64,000 nt of DNA from Octopus bimaculoides (lineage: Eukaryota). Position numbers and translations under genes: made by a program. The stretch lies in assembly GCF_001194135.2 (NCBI RefSeq), contig NC_068988.1:42655467-42719466 (forward strand), read 5' to 3'. Shown here in pieces: positions 36,481-49,505 of this stretch. The number at the start of each line of letters is the position of its first letter. Positions within the stretch are counted from its first letter, which is position 1. Under the pieces are notes generated by a model. That model made no database searches and was not told the origin of the DNA. It saw only the letters and a list, made by a program, of their open reading frames with translations.

Positions 36481-36701
36481 TTAACCCTTTAACATTCATG
36501 TTATTCTGTCAAAAGTAATTTATTCACATTGTTTTCAATTAACCACGTGTTATCTTGTAGCTTTGAGATTTTAAAGAGGTAACTGTTAATTTTAGAATTA
36601 TGTTGTAATGTAGGTGTGATAGGCCACATCTAACCAGTTTTAACATGAAGCAAGTAGAATATTTAAGTCAGATATGGTCAATTTAAATGCTAAAACATTA
36701 A
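36481..36701. mobile_element. TTAA-terminated MITE family copy
   Basis: Starts TTAAccctttaacattc and ends aatgctaaaacaTTAA. Confidence 0.65.
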
Positions 36702-36869
36702 ATAAATATTATGTAGTATTGACTTGTGTTTCTCTATAATTTGAGATCATATTTTTAGAATTTACTTTATTTTTCCTTCTCTTCATGCTCCATAAAATAA
36801 AGACTAGAGATTCAATGGTCATCAAAACACTCTATCATATATGCTTGTAATCTTGTACTAACCATTAAG

Positions 36870-37080
36870 GTTGCAAGTTGGCAGAATCATTAGCACACCA
36901 GGTAAAATGCTTAGCAGTATTTCATTCATCACGACGTTCTGAGTTCAATTCCGCCGAGGTCAACTTTGCCTTTCATCCTTTTAGGGTCAATAAAATAAGT
37001 ATCAATAGAGCATTGGGGTCGGTGTAATCGACTTACTTCCTCCCCCGAAAATGCTGGCCTTGTGCCAAATTTTGAAACCG
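36870..37080 (+). mobile_element. SINE family B ending ~50 nt before the exon 7 acceptor
   Basis: gttggcagaatcattagcac...gtcaactttgcctttcatccttttagggtc...ggccttgtgccaaattttgaaacc. Confidence 0.85.
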
Positions 37081-37130
37081 ATATACGAAATTACTATTGT
37101 TGTTTACAAGATCTTTGTTGCCTGTTTCAG

Positions 37131-37255
37131 CTTCTACAGCTGCCCAGAATCTCTTCAGGAAACCTGTGTGGTGTGTGGGAATCACATATTAACAACTTTC
37201 TCTGGTTATTACAGAGAAAAGCTCTATGTCTTATCAAATATGTTGAACAGGAAAC
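37131..37255 (+). CDS. C9orf72: C9orf72 coding exon 7 (125 nt, ends in phase 2)
   Basis: tttcAG|LLQLPRISSGNLCGVWESHINNFLWLLQRKALCLIKYVEQE-AC|GTAAGT, matching FLLVLHRKALTLIKYIEDDT. Confidence 0.95.
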
Positions 37256-37550
37256 GTAAGTCTTGCTTGTACTTCACTTTAATTTCTACAGATAACTTCG
37301 TTTTCCTATTGTCCTTCGTTGTATTTACCTCCCTTTCCTTGCACATCTCGTTTCTCTTTCTCTTAAAAAAAAAATAAATAAAATTATGGAGAATGGTAGA
37401 AATTACGATTGCTCACTTTTCATCATCAAGTTATCTACTTTGCCAAGCTTTCATAAGTTAGACCGATCAGATTTTTATTTTTTATTGCTGTCCTCTTAGA
37501 TGGGTCAGGAACTATATGTGGTCTTGCGCGTACATTACATTTTGATGGCT

Positions 37551-37589
<39 letters not shown>

Positions 37590-38049
37590 GAGTGAGAGTG
37601 TGTATGTGTGTGTGTGTGTAAACGCTTTGAAGCATTTACTCCTAATCACTCAAACCTGGTTTGTCAGCAAATTATCTGCCCTTAGGATGTTAGTACTCGA
37701 AGATTTACCTCCCTTACAATATCGGTGTCTTGTCTCCCCCTGCACTTCCCTTCTCATGCTTCCTCTTCCTGTCAGTCCCTTGACCATTGACGTCAAGGCC
37801 CTCTTCTTCTGACTCATCCCCACAGTAATCTAGCGGTTCAGCAAATGAGACTGATAGAATAAGTACTAGGCTTACAAAGAATAAGTCCTGGGGTCGATTT
37901 GTTCGACTAAAGGTGGTGCTCCAGCATGGCCGCAAAAAGAAAAATTCAGCAGTATATTAATCAAAATTTTCTAGAAAGATTAAAATTATATATTACAGAG
38001 ATGTACTTGCATAGCAAGCGACCTGATCTGAGATCATGTGCTGGAACAA

Positions 38050-38275
38050 AAACAATTGCAGTGGGGAAGGTGTTTATAACCCATTTAAGAAACACACAAA
38101 AACCGTTAGATTCACTTCAACATTTAATGCAGCACGGAATTTTGTTAGTGAACAGGTCGCGGTCTCAAAGCGACGAAAATATTTTGGCAAATTAAATTTA
38201 AATGTTGAAGTAAATCTAACGGTTACTGTGTGTTTATTAAATGGCTTATAAACACCTTCCATGCTGCAGTTGTTT
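38050..38275. repeat. Inverted repeat (78-bp arms, 70-nt spacer), MITE-like, in the last C9orf72 intron
   Basis: Arms 38050-38127 and 38198-38275 are largely reverse complementary. Confidence 0.85.
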
Positions 38276-38366
38276 AAAATTATATAATTGTAATTATACT
38301 TGGAAATAATAATCATACTAGACATCATTAACAGTTATTAATATTAATCTTTGTCTTTTTTGACAG

Positions 38367-38550
38367 GAATCGTGGAAGTCACCCATTAAATGATGGTATT
38401 CATAAACTACGTCAGGATCTTGGTTTGACTTTAGAAGCTGATTTGAGAATCGTCCTGGCAGCTGCTGATAAACTAAAGCCAGGAATTTACTCTCTTGTCA
38501 TATCAGATGGGCGTCGTCAACCTGATCATTTTGGACCATACTTTGATTAA
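38367..38550 (+). CDS. C9orf72: C9orf72 terminal coding exon 8
   Basis: tgacAG|(T)NRGSHPLNDGIHKLRQDLGLTLEADLRIVLAAADKLKPGIYSL...YFD*, matching LKIDLDLTAEGDLNIIMALAEKIKPGLHS. AATAAA at 38600-38605. Confidence 0.95.
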
Positions 38551-38643
38551 AATTTGCATGTTATTTATTTATTTTATCACACACATACACACACAAAGCA
38601 ATAAATATGTATATGCAAATGTATATAATACACTCTCCAAGCA

Positions 38644-38684
<41 letters not shown>

Positions 38685-38692
38685 AGCAACAG

Positions 38693-38731
<39 letters not shown>

Positions 38732-38909
38732 ATATATTCACAGGGTTAACTGGGGTTACTCATGCAGAAACCTATATATGGCTTTGCCATGCTGTATACA
38801 TGTTCATTTGAAGTCTTCCGATTTTTTGGCTCCATCTCATCTCTGAAGATGCACAAATCAATATATATGCGCATGTATACATGCATACAAAGTAGTATAA
38901 ATATATTGC

Positions 38910-38952
<43 letters not shown>

Positions 38953-38999
38953 GGGAGAGAGAGAGTTAGTGTATATATGTTTACTTACCAAGCTATATA

Positions 39000-39243
39000 T
39001 ATATCCATGCTGTATACATGTTTACATATGATTTGAAGGCTTTCCTATTGAAGGTGGCATCTTGTCTCTGAATGTTTTTATTTGGTCCTTTATTTACCTG
39101 TGAGCATAAATCCAGAACATGGAGCATAAACAAAATGATTACATGAACGTCCAACTCTTGTATACACAACATAAAGATGTCCATGAGGGAAGCAATGATA
39201 TCTCAATTGTCCCTGTAAATTATTTATGGACATAGCAAAGCTG

Positions 39244-39274
<31 letters not shown>

Positions 39275-41250
39275 TGTATGTGTGTACATGTATGTGTGTA
39301 CATGTATGTATGTAGGATGTGTGTAGGATGTATGTATGTATGTATGCATGCATGTATATACATACATACGTACGTACATATGTATATACATGCATACATA
39401 CATACATACATACATACATCTTACACACATCCTACATACATACATACATACATACATGTATTAAACTGGAAACTGCAAACTTTTGTATATGCAAAGTATT
39501 TTTGAGTCAAATGATATCCATCCTGTGTATACTGGATATAAAAGAGTCTTTTCAATGGAACAACCAGTCAGAATATTATCCTGAATAATAGAAGACATCT
39601 TTAGCTGCTAGTCAAGTGTCATTATACAGCTAAGGCTGATTAAGGTTTTAACTATTATGATGTTAACTTCTCCATATAACAGAAGTTGGTGTGGTGGAAG
39701 CCCAAGAAGTTCCAAAGAAATTTAAGAATTCAACAGAACAGTTGATAACCTTTGTTGGATAGAGACCTGAATCTATAGATTTATAAGTTTGTGTATTTCT
39801 TGAAATGTGATCTAATAGTTCGTTATCTTTCCTGTTGTTTATGATATTTTGGGGGTTAAGGCATTATACAGTTAAGGCAGATTAAGGTTTTGACTAGCAT
39901 GATCATAACTCCTACATTTAACATAAGTACTTGTAGTTTTTTTGGTGATCCTGAAAATTTTGGAATACTCTTGGTTTAAACTTACTAACTGATGAAAGTG
40001 TTTTTGAGCAAATTCTTCAGACAAATCATCAATGAAAAGGGTGATCAATTATGATACTCTTTGTTGTCACTTGTCTCCAAAAATAGACGAATTCAAGCTT
40101 GTCTGCTTTAGTACCTCTTGGAATGATGAGTAAATTCTGGTGAAGGTATCCTGGTGGCATAGTAGAACTCCACCCATTAATGCAAGCATTGATTTAGAGC
40201 TTCCAAAGCTTTTTTGTTGCTTATCTTACACTTATCCTAAACAACAGAATGACAACACTTTAGTATTTGCCCTGTTCCAGATATTTTTTTTACTAATATT
40301 ACAAACTGTTGTATCATTGTTGACTTAATTCATGGGCAGTTTGAAAGAAGAAAGGGCTGTTTTACTCTTCACAAGTAGTATAGCAGTAATATCTGAAGAA
40401 GCAACAATCAAAGCTATTTGTTGTTTCTGTCATACTTGGGGCTGTCTTAACTTCATTATAGCCCCACTGGGGGCAGGGTAAGTTAGTGCATTGGGTCCTG
40501 TAGTATTTATTTACTGACAGCAAGCCATAAATTACATAGATCAGAATTGGAGCTCTTAGACCTGTGGGGCAATTGGGTAAACTGCCCAGTGGTTGTAATT
40601 TGGAAAGCAACAGCTTAGTGAGAAATGTTTTGTCAGTTCCTGCAGGAGCATCAAGAGAAAAATCCTGTTTGGAAAACAAAGGAAATCCTCTCTTGAATGT
40701 AAGGATTGTAGAATGATTTTTAAACTGGCATCAATTTTGGTCCATTCTCACTGACATATCCTGACAGGTCTTTAGTGGTGTAAGAAGTTTCTTTAAATAG
40801 TTCTAAGGTTAGAATATTGACTTCAGAATGACTGGTGTGAGAGATTCCATACCCTTCATAGAAAAATTATAGCTATTAATGCTGCATTGTAGATTTCATC
40901 ACTCTATTCTATTTTCCTGTAAGGACATTGCAACTGTATCTGATATTTGTGAAAATTTGATTCTGCAATATTGATTCTGTACTTTAGCCATATTGATTTA
41001 CTCTGGATCTTTTAGAGTAGAGTAGCAAACAGTGTTCACATACTTCCTTGTGCAAAACCCAGAAACCATTAACATATCAACCAAAGATTGACCATCAGCC
41101 TGTAGCAATTCTAAATGTTAAATATGCTTTTTTTTCATAAGAAGTGTCAATATTACCATCAATGGTTTGAAGATAGAGAAGCAATATGGAACTTCAAATT
41201 TCATACAGAAGCAGTCTTAAGTAAAAGCTTTTACATGCGCTGTTTATACT
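39000..41250 (-). mobile_element. Second Helitron helicase remnant, heavily decayed
   Basis: Minus strand: FSLDAPAGTDKTFLTKLLL (degenerate Walker A), IALIVASSDITAILL, INNLQGQ...CFPHGHLYVVYTRVG. Confidence 0.85.
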
Positions 41251-41265
41251 CTTCCTATTGTCTGA

Positions 41266-41312
<47 letters not shown>

Positions 41313-41621
41313 NNNNNNNNNNNNNNNNNNNNNNNNNNNNNNNNNNNNNNNNNNNNNNNNNNNNNNNNNNNNNNNNNNNNNNNNNNNNNNNNNNNNNNNN
41401 NNNNNNNNNNNNNNNNNNNNNNNNNNNNNNNNNNNNNNNNNNNNNNNNNNNNNNNNNNNNNNNNNNNNNNNNNNNNNNNNNNNNNNNNNNNNNNNNNNNN
41501 NNNNNNNNNNNNNNNNNNNNNNNNNNNNNNNNNNNNNNNNNNNNNNNNNNNNNNNNNNNNNNNNNNNNNNNNNNNNNNNNNNNNNNNNNNNNNNNNNNNN
41601 NNNNNNNNNNNNNNNNNNNNT

Positions 41622-41664
<43 letters not shown>

Positions 41665-42285
41665 ATATGTATCAAAATAACTTTCATTCTCAACAACTTT
41701 ATTTTGTGATTCCATTGTTTATTCTTTGTATAACAGGATAGTAATTGATAGTACAACAGGATTTGGGTAAAAGAGTGTTTTTAACAAATGTGAGAAACAG
41801 CTTTTATAGTAGTTTGCCTCAAGGCTAAGGATTGGTCAACAGTAGTTTCTATACAGCCACTAATTGAACTGGATGGTATCAATCATGAATAGGGAATCTA
41901 AATATTTTCCAAAATGCCTTACTGCTGTTCATACTCCACTACATCTGGAGTTTTGTAACTTAAACTTGAAATGTTTTGTTTCAAAGTAGTGAACATTGCA
42001 GCTCATGATTATAAGGTAATGAGTTTGATTCCTGGCGGCATGTTGTTTCCTTAGCAAACACTTTATTTCATGTTGCTCCAGTCTGCTCAGATGGCAAAAA
42101 TGAGTTGTACCTGACAGACTTTTTGGTAGTACAATATTCAACATAGCATGTAGGCATTAAATTGTTTTGATTTAAAAAATGGCAATGAGGCACTATCTAT
42201 TGATTGCCAATTTTTGTTTCATAACCTCAACCTTGTGATGCCCATCTTTTGTATGATGGATATTTATCTTCACCTGTTTGTTTCT

Positions 42286-42482
42286 TTAATCCTTTAGCGT
42301 TTAAACCAATCTCATATCTAGCTAAAATATTCTACATGCTTTATGCTCAAACTGACCAGATCTGGCCTCTCACACCAACCCCACATTATCATTCTAAACA
42401 ACAGTTTACTCATCAAAATCTCAAAACAATGTGAATAAATAAGCATTACATTTGACAGAATAATTTGAATGCTAAAGGATTT
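42286..42482. mobile_element. TTAA-terminated MITE family copy, opposite orientation to 17973 and 36481
   Basis: TTAAtcctttagcgtttaaacc...ccagatctggcctctcacacc...tttgaatgctaaagga. Confidence 0.65.
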
Positions 42483-44171
42483 TGTAAGCTTATTGTCTTT
42501 CATGCATGGAGAGGTGAGGTTGTTCTTTTTGATGCATTTTCATGTGACACAATCTCTTTGATTCTATTAAACTGTCAGTCTTTTGTTATACATATCAGTC
42601 ATATGATCAATGTTTGATTTGACAATTTCTTAATGTCCTTTCGTGGCATTTGTAGATTCTGCTGCTATCATAGAACCAATCTGATTATAGTGAATTCTGG
42701 GCAAAAACCAAATTAAAATATATGCCCCTTATTTTGTTTGTTTATTTTTCCATTCAGTTGGACATATATGACCACATACTGGTTGAAATAGGTGTGAAGT
42801 GTAACGTCTATTAATTTGGAAATTTTCAGATGAAAAAGTTTTTCAGTTAACTAATTAACTCCTGTCTGTCAGTGTATAATTTATCCTGGAAAGAGTTCTA
42901 GATTTCATTCCATTTAGTATTGTAAGTAAAAGCGTGGAAAAATTCCTCGGCCATAATTATGAACATAAGTCATGACATCCTGTGTTCTCTCGTACATATA
43001 TCGTGGATTTCCTATAAAAGCGGGTGGGAGAATACAAAACTGTTCTAGCTCTGTTCTGGTGGTATCATTGTTAATGCCATCTTGTCAATGTATATGGGAT
43101 TCTGAATGTGTTTTTTGTTTCCATGCTTGTAGCCCAATTTCTTTGATTCCATTGAATTCATAGATGGTATTTTGCATACATATTAGCGACATACTGGGAT
43201 ATTGTAAAGCATATGAATGATGAGTTTCGTTTATGAATTTGATGTTACATGTCACAATCCCTCAAAACAATGTTTCATTTTCTATGAGGTTCTCTGACCA
43301 TAATAATTGCCACTTTACTAAACTCAGGAACATCAAATCAACAAACCTGAAAATCCAAAGTTGAAGTACATTCTAAAGAATACTGCAAATTTCATGAAAT
43401 AAGAATTGTTTTTATGGAGTGTTTCTTATTTCTTTTTGGGTTCTAATTCTAGTGCTTGAAAAGTTTTTGTTGCAACATTGTGTTTCTTTTTGAATATCAT
43501 CTAAAAATATAATGTGTAAAAACTGTGGGTCTTTATTCTGTAAAGGCTGAAGCAAAACCATTCTGTGATAAATTTGTCCTTGTATTTTAAAAATCAGTAT
43601 AAACCCACATTCCATGATAAATTTTGGTCCAAATGACTTTTTCTGAAAAGCACAATTGAATACTCAAATGCAATTAAGAAAATGTTTTTGACTCTGAAGT
43701 GGGGCTTAAAGAAGTCTAGCTGAATTACAGAACATGGACTTTGCCATTAGGAAAATACATGCCTGATAATTTCTTACTCATTTTCTAACCACACATTTGC
43801 CAGCATGCTTTGCATGTAAAGTTCACAGATACAGTTATTCAGATGTATAATCATGATTAAGAATCATAATTCAATGCATTACTTGCCATTGCATTTGTTC
43901 ATATTTCTGAAAATTTTTGTTTTTGAATTTTACTTTTCTGTCTTTTTTAACTTTTTCATGATTTTTTTTTTTTCTATCTTTCTCCATTTTTACAATCTAA
44001 TTTCTTTGACCTTTTCATTTTCTTGAGCTTCTTTGTAATTCTATATTCCTCCAGTCCTTTCCTCTGCAGTTTTTTTTCTCTATTTCAGACTTATACTTCT
44101 GTGGTAAATGATTTGAACTGTGACTGTTTGTTGAAACCAAAGCAATTACACACAAAAACTATTAACTTTAC

Positions 44172-44457
44172 TTAACCCATTACCTCCCATAATTCTATTA
44201 ACTGGAATTTTTTTTATGAAACTTTGATTTCTAGCATAAAACAGCTTTAGAAACATGCTGGAATGATCAAAATAACATTTTAAATAGAAATAAGCGAGAT
44301 ATTGGGTGAAAAATTAGCAAACCTCATTTGAATATCAAAGAAATATACCTAGTAGATATAGCAAAAACGTTAGATATGTGTAAATATTGACAGATAATTA
44401 TGAAATTTGTAATTTTTAAGTGATCTCATATGAGATCACTGGTAGGTAATGGGTTAA
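44172..44457. mobile_element. piggyBac-type MITE with TTAA TSD and perfect 10-bp TIRs
   Basis: TTAA (44172-75) + CCCATTACCT ... AGGTAATGGG + TTAA (44454-57). Confidence 0.85.
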
Positions 44458-44459
44458 AC

Positions 44460-44795
44460 ATAGGCACAGATGTGGTTGTGTGGTAAGAAGCTTGTTTCCT
44501 TGACATATGGTTCCAGATTCAATCCCACTGCATGGCACCTTGGGCAAGTATCTTCCATTATAACCTTGGGCTGACCAAAGCCTTGTGGGTGGATTTGGTA
44601 GACAGAAACTGCAAGCAGCCTGTGTTTGTCTGTATCTTTGTATCTTTGTCCCCCATCACTGCTTTACAACCAGTGTTGGTGTGTTTACATCCCTGTAACT
44701 TAACAGTTCGGCAAAAAGAGACCAATAGAATAAGTACCAGGCTTAACAAAAAGTAAAATTTCTTCAAGGCAGTGCCCCAGCATGGCCGCAGTCTA
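44460..44795 (+). mobile_element. SINE family A
   Basis: Head gatgtggttgtgtggtaagaagc..., tail ...ccagcatggccgcagtc. Confidence 0.85.
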
Positions 44796-45084
44796 AGCCT
44801 GGTACTTACCAGTAGTATGTTGTGGTTATTACTGGGTGTGCTGTCACACTGGCCATACTATGACTAACATTAGTATTACTCAAATTAGGCATACAAACTG
44901 TATTTCTATTCAAAATGCATATCCGAAATGTAAATAATATAAACTTAATTCAATTGGGATACAAATATATGGCACTAAAATAAACTGAATTAATAATACC
45001 TTATAAATTGTAAGCATTCTAAATTAAGCCATAATTTTTTTATGCGCACACACTGAAAAATAAGAAATCATGTAGTTTTACTTA

Positions 45085-45380
45085 CTTAAATTATTTATAT
45101 GTATGTTCTGTTCTTCTTTGAGACATAAAATGTTTGATAACCTCATTGTACAATGAACCACTTTGCTTGAGCTGCATTAGTACACTTTTCTCAATCGAAA
45201 GTAAACCAAGGCCTCTTAGTCTTTCTTGACTTTGTGATTCGCAAAAGCAAATAAGCAAGTATTTATTTGTTTGAGAGTGCAAAATATGTGTTCTGCTGGA
45301 GCAGTGTTGCTTGTACTGCCCAAACTTGTAGTGTTTGGTGCACTAACAGTGCCAGAATTCGACCTCTGACTTCTAAAAGT
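45085..45380 (-). mobile_element. hAT transposase dimerisation-domain remnant
   Basis: TAPAEHIFCTLKQINTCL, then QSQERLRGLGLLSIEKSVL...YNEVIKHF...RRTEHTYK, resembling the hAT C-terminal consensus. Confidence 0.7.
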
Positions 45381-45784
45381 GTATTATTAATTTTGTAAAC
45401 AAATTAAGATCAAAGTGATATGATGATACTGTTAGAAAAAAAAATTGTAAAAAAAATTACTTTTAGTTTAGGAATTTTAAATTAATTTAAACATACTTCT
45501 TGCCACAAATACAAACATTTGACTGTGCTGTCAAAGCTGTCGCACACCCTTTGCTATTAATTTTTTGCCAGTCTCTCATCATCCTATGATACACCTAGTA
45601 CTATTATGATACAATGTGCTGTGAGGTGTGCAGTGTTATTTCAGGACATCTGCCACCAAATTTCAAGCATGGGTATAACAAAAGTTTTCCATTATGATTT
45701 CTGATTAAATTAATGAGTAAGGTTAATTTTTCATTTTCAATGGATGTGCAGCGCACACCTAATACACCCAGAACATACACCCTT

Positions 45785-46030
45785 AGTACTTATTCTATTG
45801 GTCTCTTTTTGCCAAACCACTAAATTATGGGGGCATAAACACACCAACACTTGTTATCAAGTGCTGGTAGGGGACAAACACACACACTACAGGCTTCTTT
45901 CAGTTTCCGCTTACCAAATCTACTCACAAAGCTTTGGTCGTCCTGAGGCTATAGTAGAAGACATTTGCCTAAAGTGCCATGCAATAGGACTGAACCTAGA
46001 TAAGAACATCTTACAAATGATTAGGAAAAC
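45785..46030 (-). mobile_element. SINE family A
   Basis: Reverse complement of the head and tail blocks. Confidence 0.75.
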
Positions 46031-46499
46031 TATGGTTGGATACATCTAATACAGTTCAATGAAATTATATGTATTGTAGTTTTTAGATTGGGGCATGATA
46101 GGCAACAGACTCATTGAAAGAGTTTTAACATGAAGAAAAGTAAGAATATGATTGGTGCATTTCAAAGTCAAAGAAAGGACCGAAATATAAGAACTTAAGA
46201 TCTAGGTGACAGTTTGTGATGAGAAAAACTGAAGGATGTGAGTGACCCAACAGCTGAGCATGAAAGAAGTTAGTTGAGTTTATTAATAAAAAGAGAAAAA
46301 AATGGAACTTTTAAAAATAGCATGTGATCTTCACCTTCAGTTTAATAATAGCTGAATCAAGCCACGTCATTTAGTTACTGACCAGCTCATGAAAGTGAAC
46401 ATACATTTGGTGAACTTTGTCATTTGTTGCATTAAACAATGAAAGATCTGGGAGAGCATCGTGTGTTTGAGAAATTTTGATTCTAATTGAAAAAAAAGA

Positions 46500-47300
46500 A
46501 AAAAATCTTTTACTGAGACATTTCTTGTTACAACAGGCCTAAGAAGAGGATAGTGTTTTGGTTATGTCCATTATCATGAATGGTACTAGCATTTCGAATT
46601 GGGAAGAACTTTCACTAAAGATAATCCCTTTGTCAAAGTCAATGATGATATTGGGAAAGTCTATGCTGTGATCTGTGAAAATCATCGCCTGACTGCATAT
46701 AAATTTTCTGAAGAAGGAGGCATCTGTGAAAGTTTGTGGTGCTTGATTTCAAATGAGAAATGGAAGATGCATCATATTGTTAAGGAAATTTGTGTGTAAA
46801 GAGAATTGAGTTACAATCAGTTCAGAGGTGTTTGGCTTTGATGTCAAACTAAAAAAGCAGTTGCCTCTGTGAGTAGTAGCTTTGCCGTTGGGAACAGAAA
46901 ACAGGTGCTGGAAGCGAGTACATTAGAGTTATCCAAATGTGAAGGGGATGTTGGTTATTTCTTTTTTATGTGAAGGACATTGTTCATCCTGAATCAAACA
47001 ATCAAGAATTATACTACGATATCCTGAGATGTTTAAGAGAAGCAGTGTAAAAGAAGGATCCTAGGCATGAACAAACAGAATGGATACTGCGGCATGAGAA
47101 CAAACCTGCTCATGTATTGTTCCTTATCTGGGGATTTGACAAATCATGAGGTGACAGTTATCCCCCAAGCAACCATACTCTCCAGATTTAGCCTTGCTAA
47201 TTTGTTTTTGTTCAAAAAGTTGATCACATATTATAGAGGATAGAAAAGGTCAGAGAAAATTCACTAGGGGAACTGCACTAGTCCTGATAAAGCAATTTTC
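46500..47300 (+). mobile_element. mariner transposase remnant
   Basis: ENHRLT..., WILRHENKPAH (cf. WxLHHDNAPAH), PYSPDLA..LFLF. Confidence 0.75.
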
Positions 47301-47469
47301 TAAAGTGTTCCAAAACTTGAATTTAGACCTTAAACGTTTTCTTCCCTTTTTTAAAAACAGTAGGGTTCAATTTGAGGAGAAATGGTTGCTATTTTTTGCA
47401 GGCTGAGCTGGTCAAGTCACTGGTTGAGAGGATTGGTTCCTCTTTTAATATATTGTATACATTAAAGAC

Positions 47470-47670
47470 TGTGAGCTGGATGAACTGCTAGCAAACCAAA
47501 CAAACTGCTTAGTAACATTTCTTCTGGTTTTGTGTTCTGAGTTCAAATTCCACTGAGGCTGACTTTGCCTTTCATCATTTTGGGGTCGATAAAATAAGTG
47601 CCAGTCGACTTGTCCAGCACCCCAGCTGTGCAAAATTTTCAGGCCTTGTGCCTATAGTAGAAAGATATTT
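47470..47670 (+). mobile_element. SINE family B, diverged
   Basis: gttctgagttcaaattccactgaggctgactttgcctttcatc...caggccttgtgcctatagtagaaag. Confidence 0.75.
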
Positions 47671-49505
47671 AATACAATATCTTTTCTGTTTACTACCATC
47701 CTCACAGTTGAAGCTAATTTGTATGGGGAAATTGGTTGTCATTGTGGTTTGCCCTTCCTACTGGCTTCATGGAGTATCTTGACTGAATGTGGGTTTCCTT
47801 TGTTTCCACAACGAGGTAAACCTAATCATAAAATATTCTCTCTAGCCAATGGGATTGGAGATGATGGGAAGAGGCCTGGTAGATGGATTCACAACTTGTT
47901 CGTGGGCTAGCAATGGCAACCCATGCCTTTATGACATGATTTTAATGCTGCGTTAAAAGTGGGATTTAATGTACCTGTAGCTGAATGAAATAAGAAACTG
48001 AAATGGTGTAATATGTTGGTAAATTACATCTTTTAGCCCTCGACTTTTCAGACGTTCTGGAATATTGGGCTGTTGATAAATAGTTTTGACTTCATTGGTG
48101 TCCTGTCCTACTGAAATATCTGATTAGTCTCGAGAAGACGCCTGGCTGTTTCTGCCTCGCACTCACCTACAATTCTGTTGTATTTTGGAGTGTCACAAAA
48201 ATTTAAAAAATAAAATAAAAAACAACACTAGTTTTCCCTAACAAGATTTGTAATTAAGATATTGTGTAATTAAGAGATTATTTTGAGTGCATATTAATTT
48301 TTTCTTTCAATTCTTACTGTTTATTTTTGTAAAGAGATCATTTTCATGGAAATATTGCAAAAGTTATGTCCCTTCCTTTTCCTTGTTCAAATAGCGTTGG
48401 ATTAGATTTTTGTAAATACTAGTAAATTCTAGTCAAGTATCTGGACATTTAAAGAGAATGTACCTTTCTTTCTTAATCTATGACTTTATGCAAAAGTTAG
48501 AAATAATAGAATGACATTGTTTCAGATACTCACTAGACTTTTACCGTTAAAGGAAGTTGTAGAGTATATGTACAGACGTTCTTCATCAAATTTTTTGGGC
48601 TATATCAAATTTGTTAAATTTTAGTTCTATATATCTTAAAATTAACTTGTAAAAAGGATAAGGGAAAAATGTATTTATTACATTTATTAAAAACATTTAT
48701 TCTTGAGAATGTTAATTTTTCAACATGTTCACCGTCATTACGTATACAAAACTTGACGCGATTATGAAGTCCTGATATTCAGCTGTAATCTAAATCACAC
48801 TAGTTATTCTATTTCGCAAGTCATCTAGGTTTCGTGGAATTATATGTCTCCATAAAAAAAAAAAGTCGACATATAAAAAGTTTCTACAAATAAACAATTA
48901 TGAATTACTAATAGATATACATCAAGTTTCTAAATGTTGTTTTCAAATTAATGTAATAAAGATAGAATTAAGGTTATAAAATTTAGAATTACACAAAACC
49001 TCCATGTTTGACATTGTATTGAAATACAATTTTGCGATCTTTGACAAGTATATATAAAATTATTTAACCATCGAAAGGAAAAAAAAATTAAGAGTTACCT
49101 CCCTTGATTGCATAGCCGGGGTTATTTCTCTTGTCAGAAGTAAAGCGTGATCGTCAGACCGTCTGAATCACTCGTACACTTGTTTTGATAGATACTTGTT
49201 TTACATGCATATACGTGATGTGATCAATAAGTATCCGAACTGTTGCTATAGCAATGAAGCTAAAGCATGCAGAATGAAGCCGCTTGGCACAGATTGACCT
49301 AGAACTCTGTTATTGCAATTAACTTTTCGATTAACGGTGCCTACCTCTGGTTCCAGGTTAAATGCCACTGCGTGGCACCTTGGGCAAGTGTCTTCTACTA
49401 TAGCCTCGGGCTAACCAAAGCCTTATGAATAGATTTTGTAGACAAGCAAAAAAACTAGTTTGAAATACTAAAAGATCAACGTAGTAGTTATACTGACACG
49501 TAATA

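Noticed and set aside
29562-37139. Alternative donor at 29562/29563 and alternative acceptor at 37139
   Set aside because: The chosen sites have better consensus and match vertebrate exon boundaries; the 29562 donor would shift the frame.
43860-44090. Lys/Glu-rich coding-like stretch on the minus strand
   Set aside because: Stops in all three frames; better explained as low-complexity purine-rich DNA.
47700-47930. 63-aa ORF 47719-47910
   Set aside because: No start context, splice sites or recognised homology; it looks like repeat-derived sequence.
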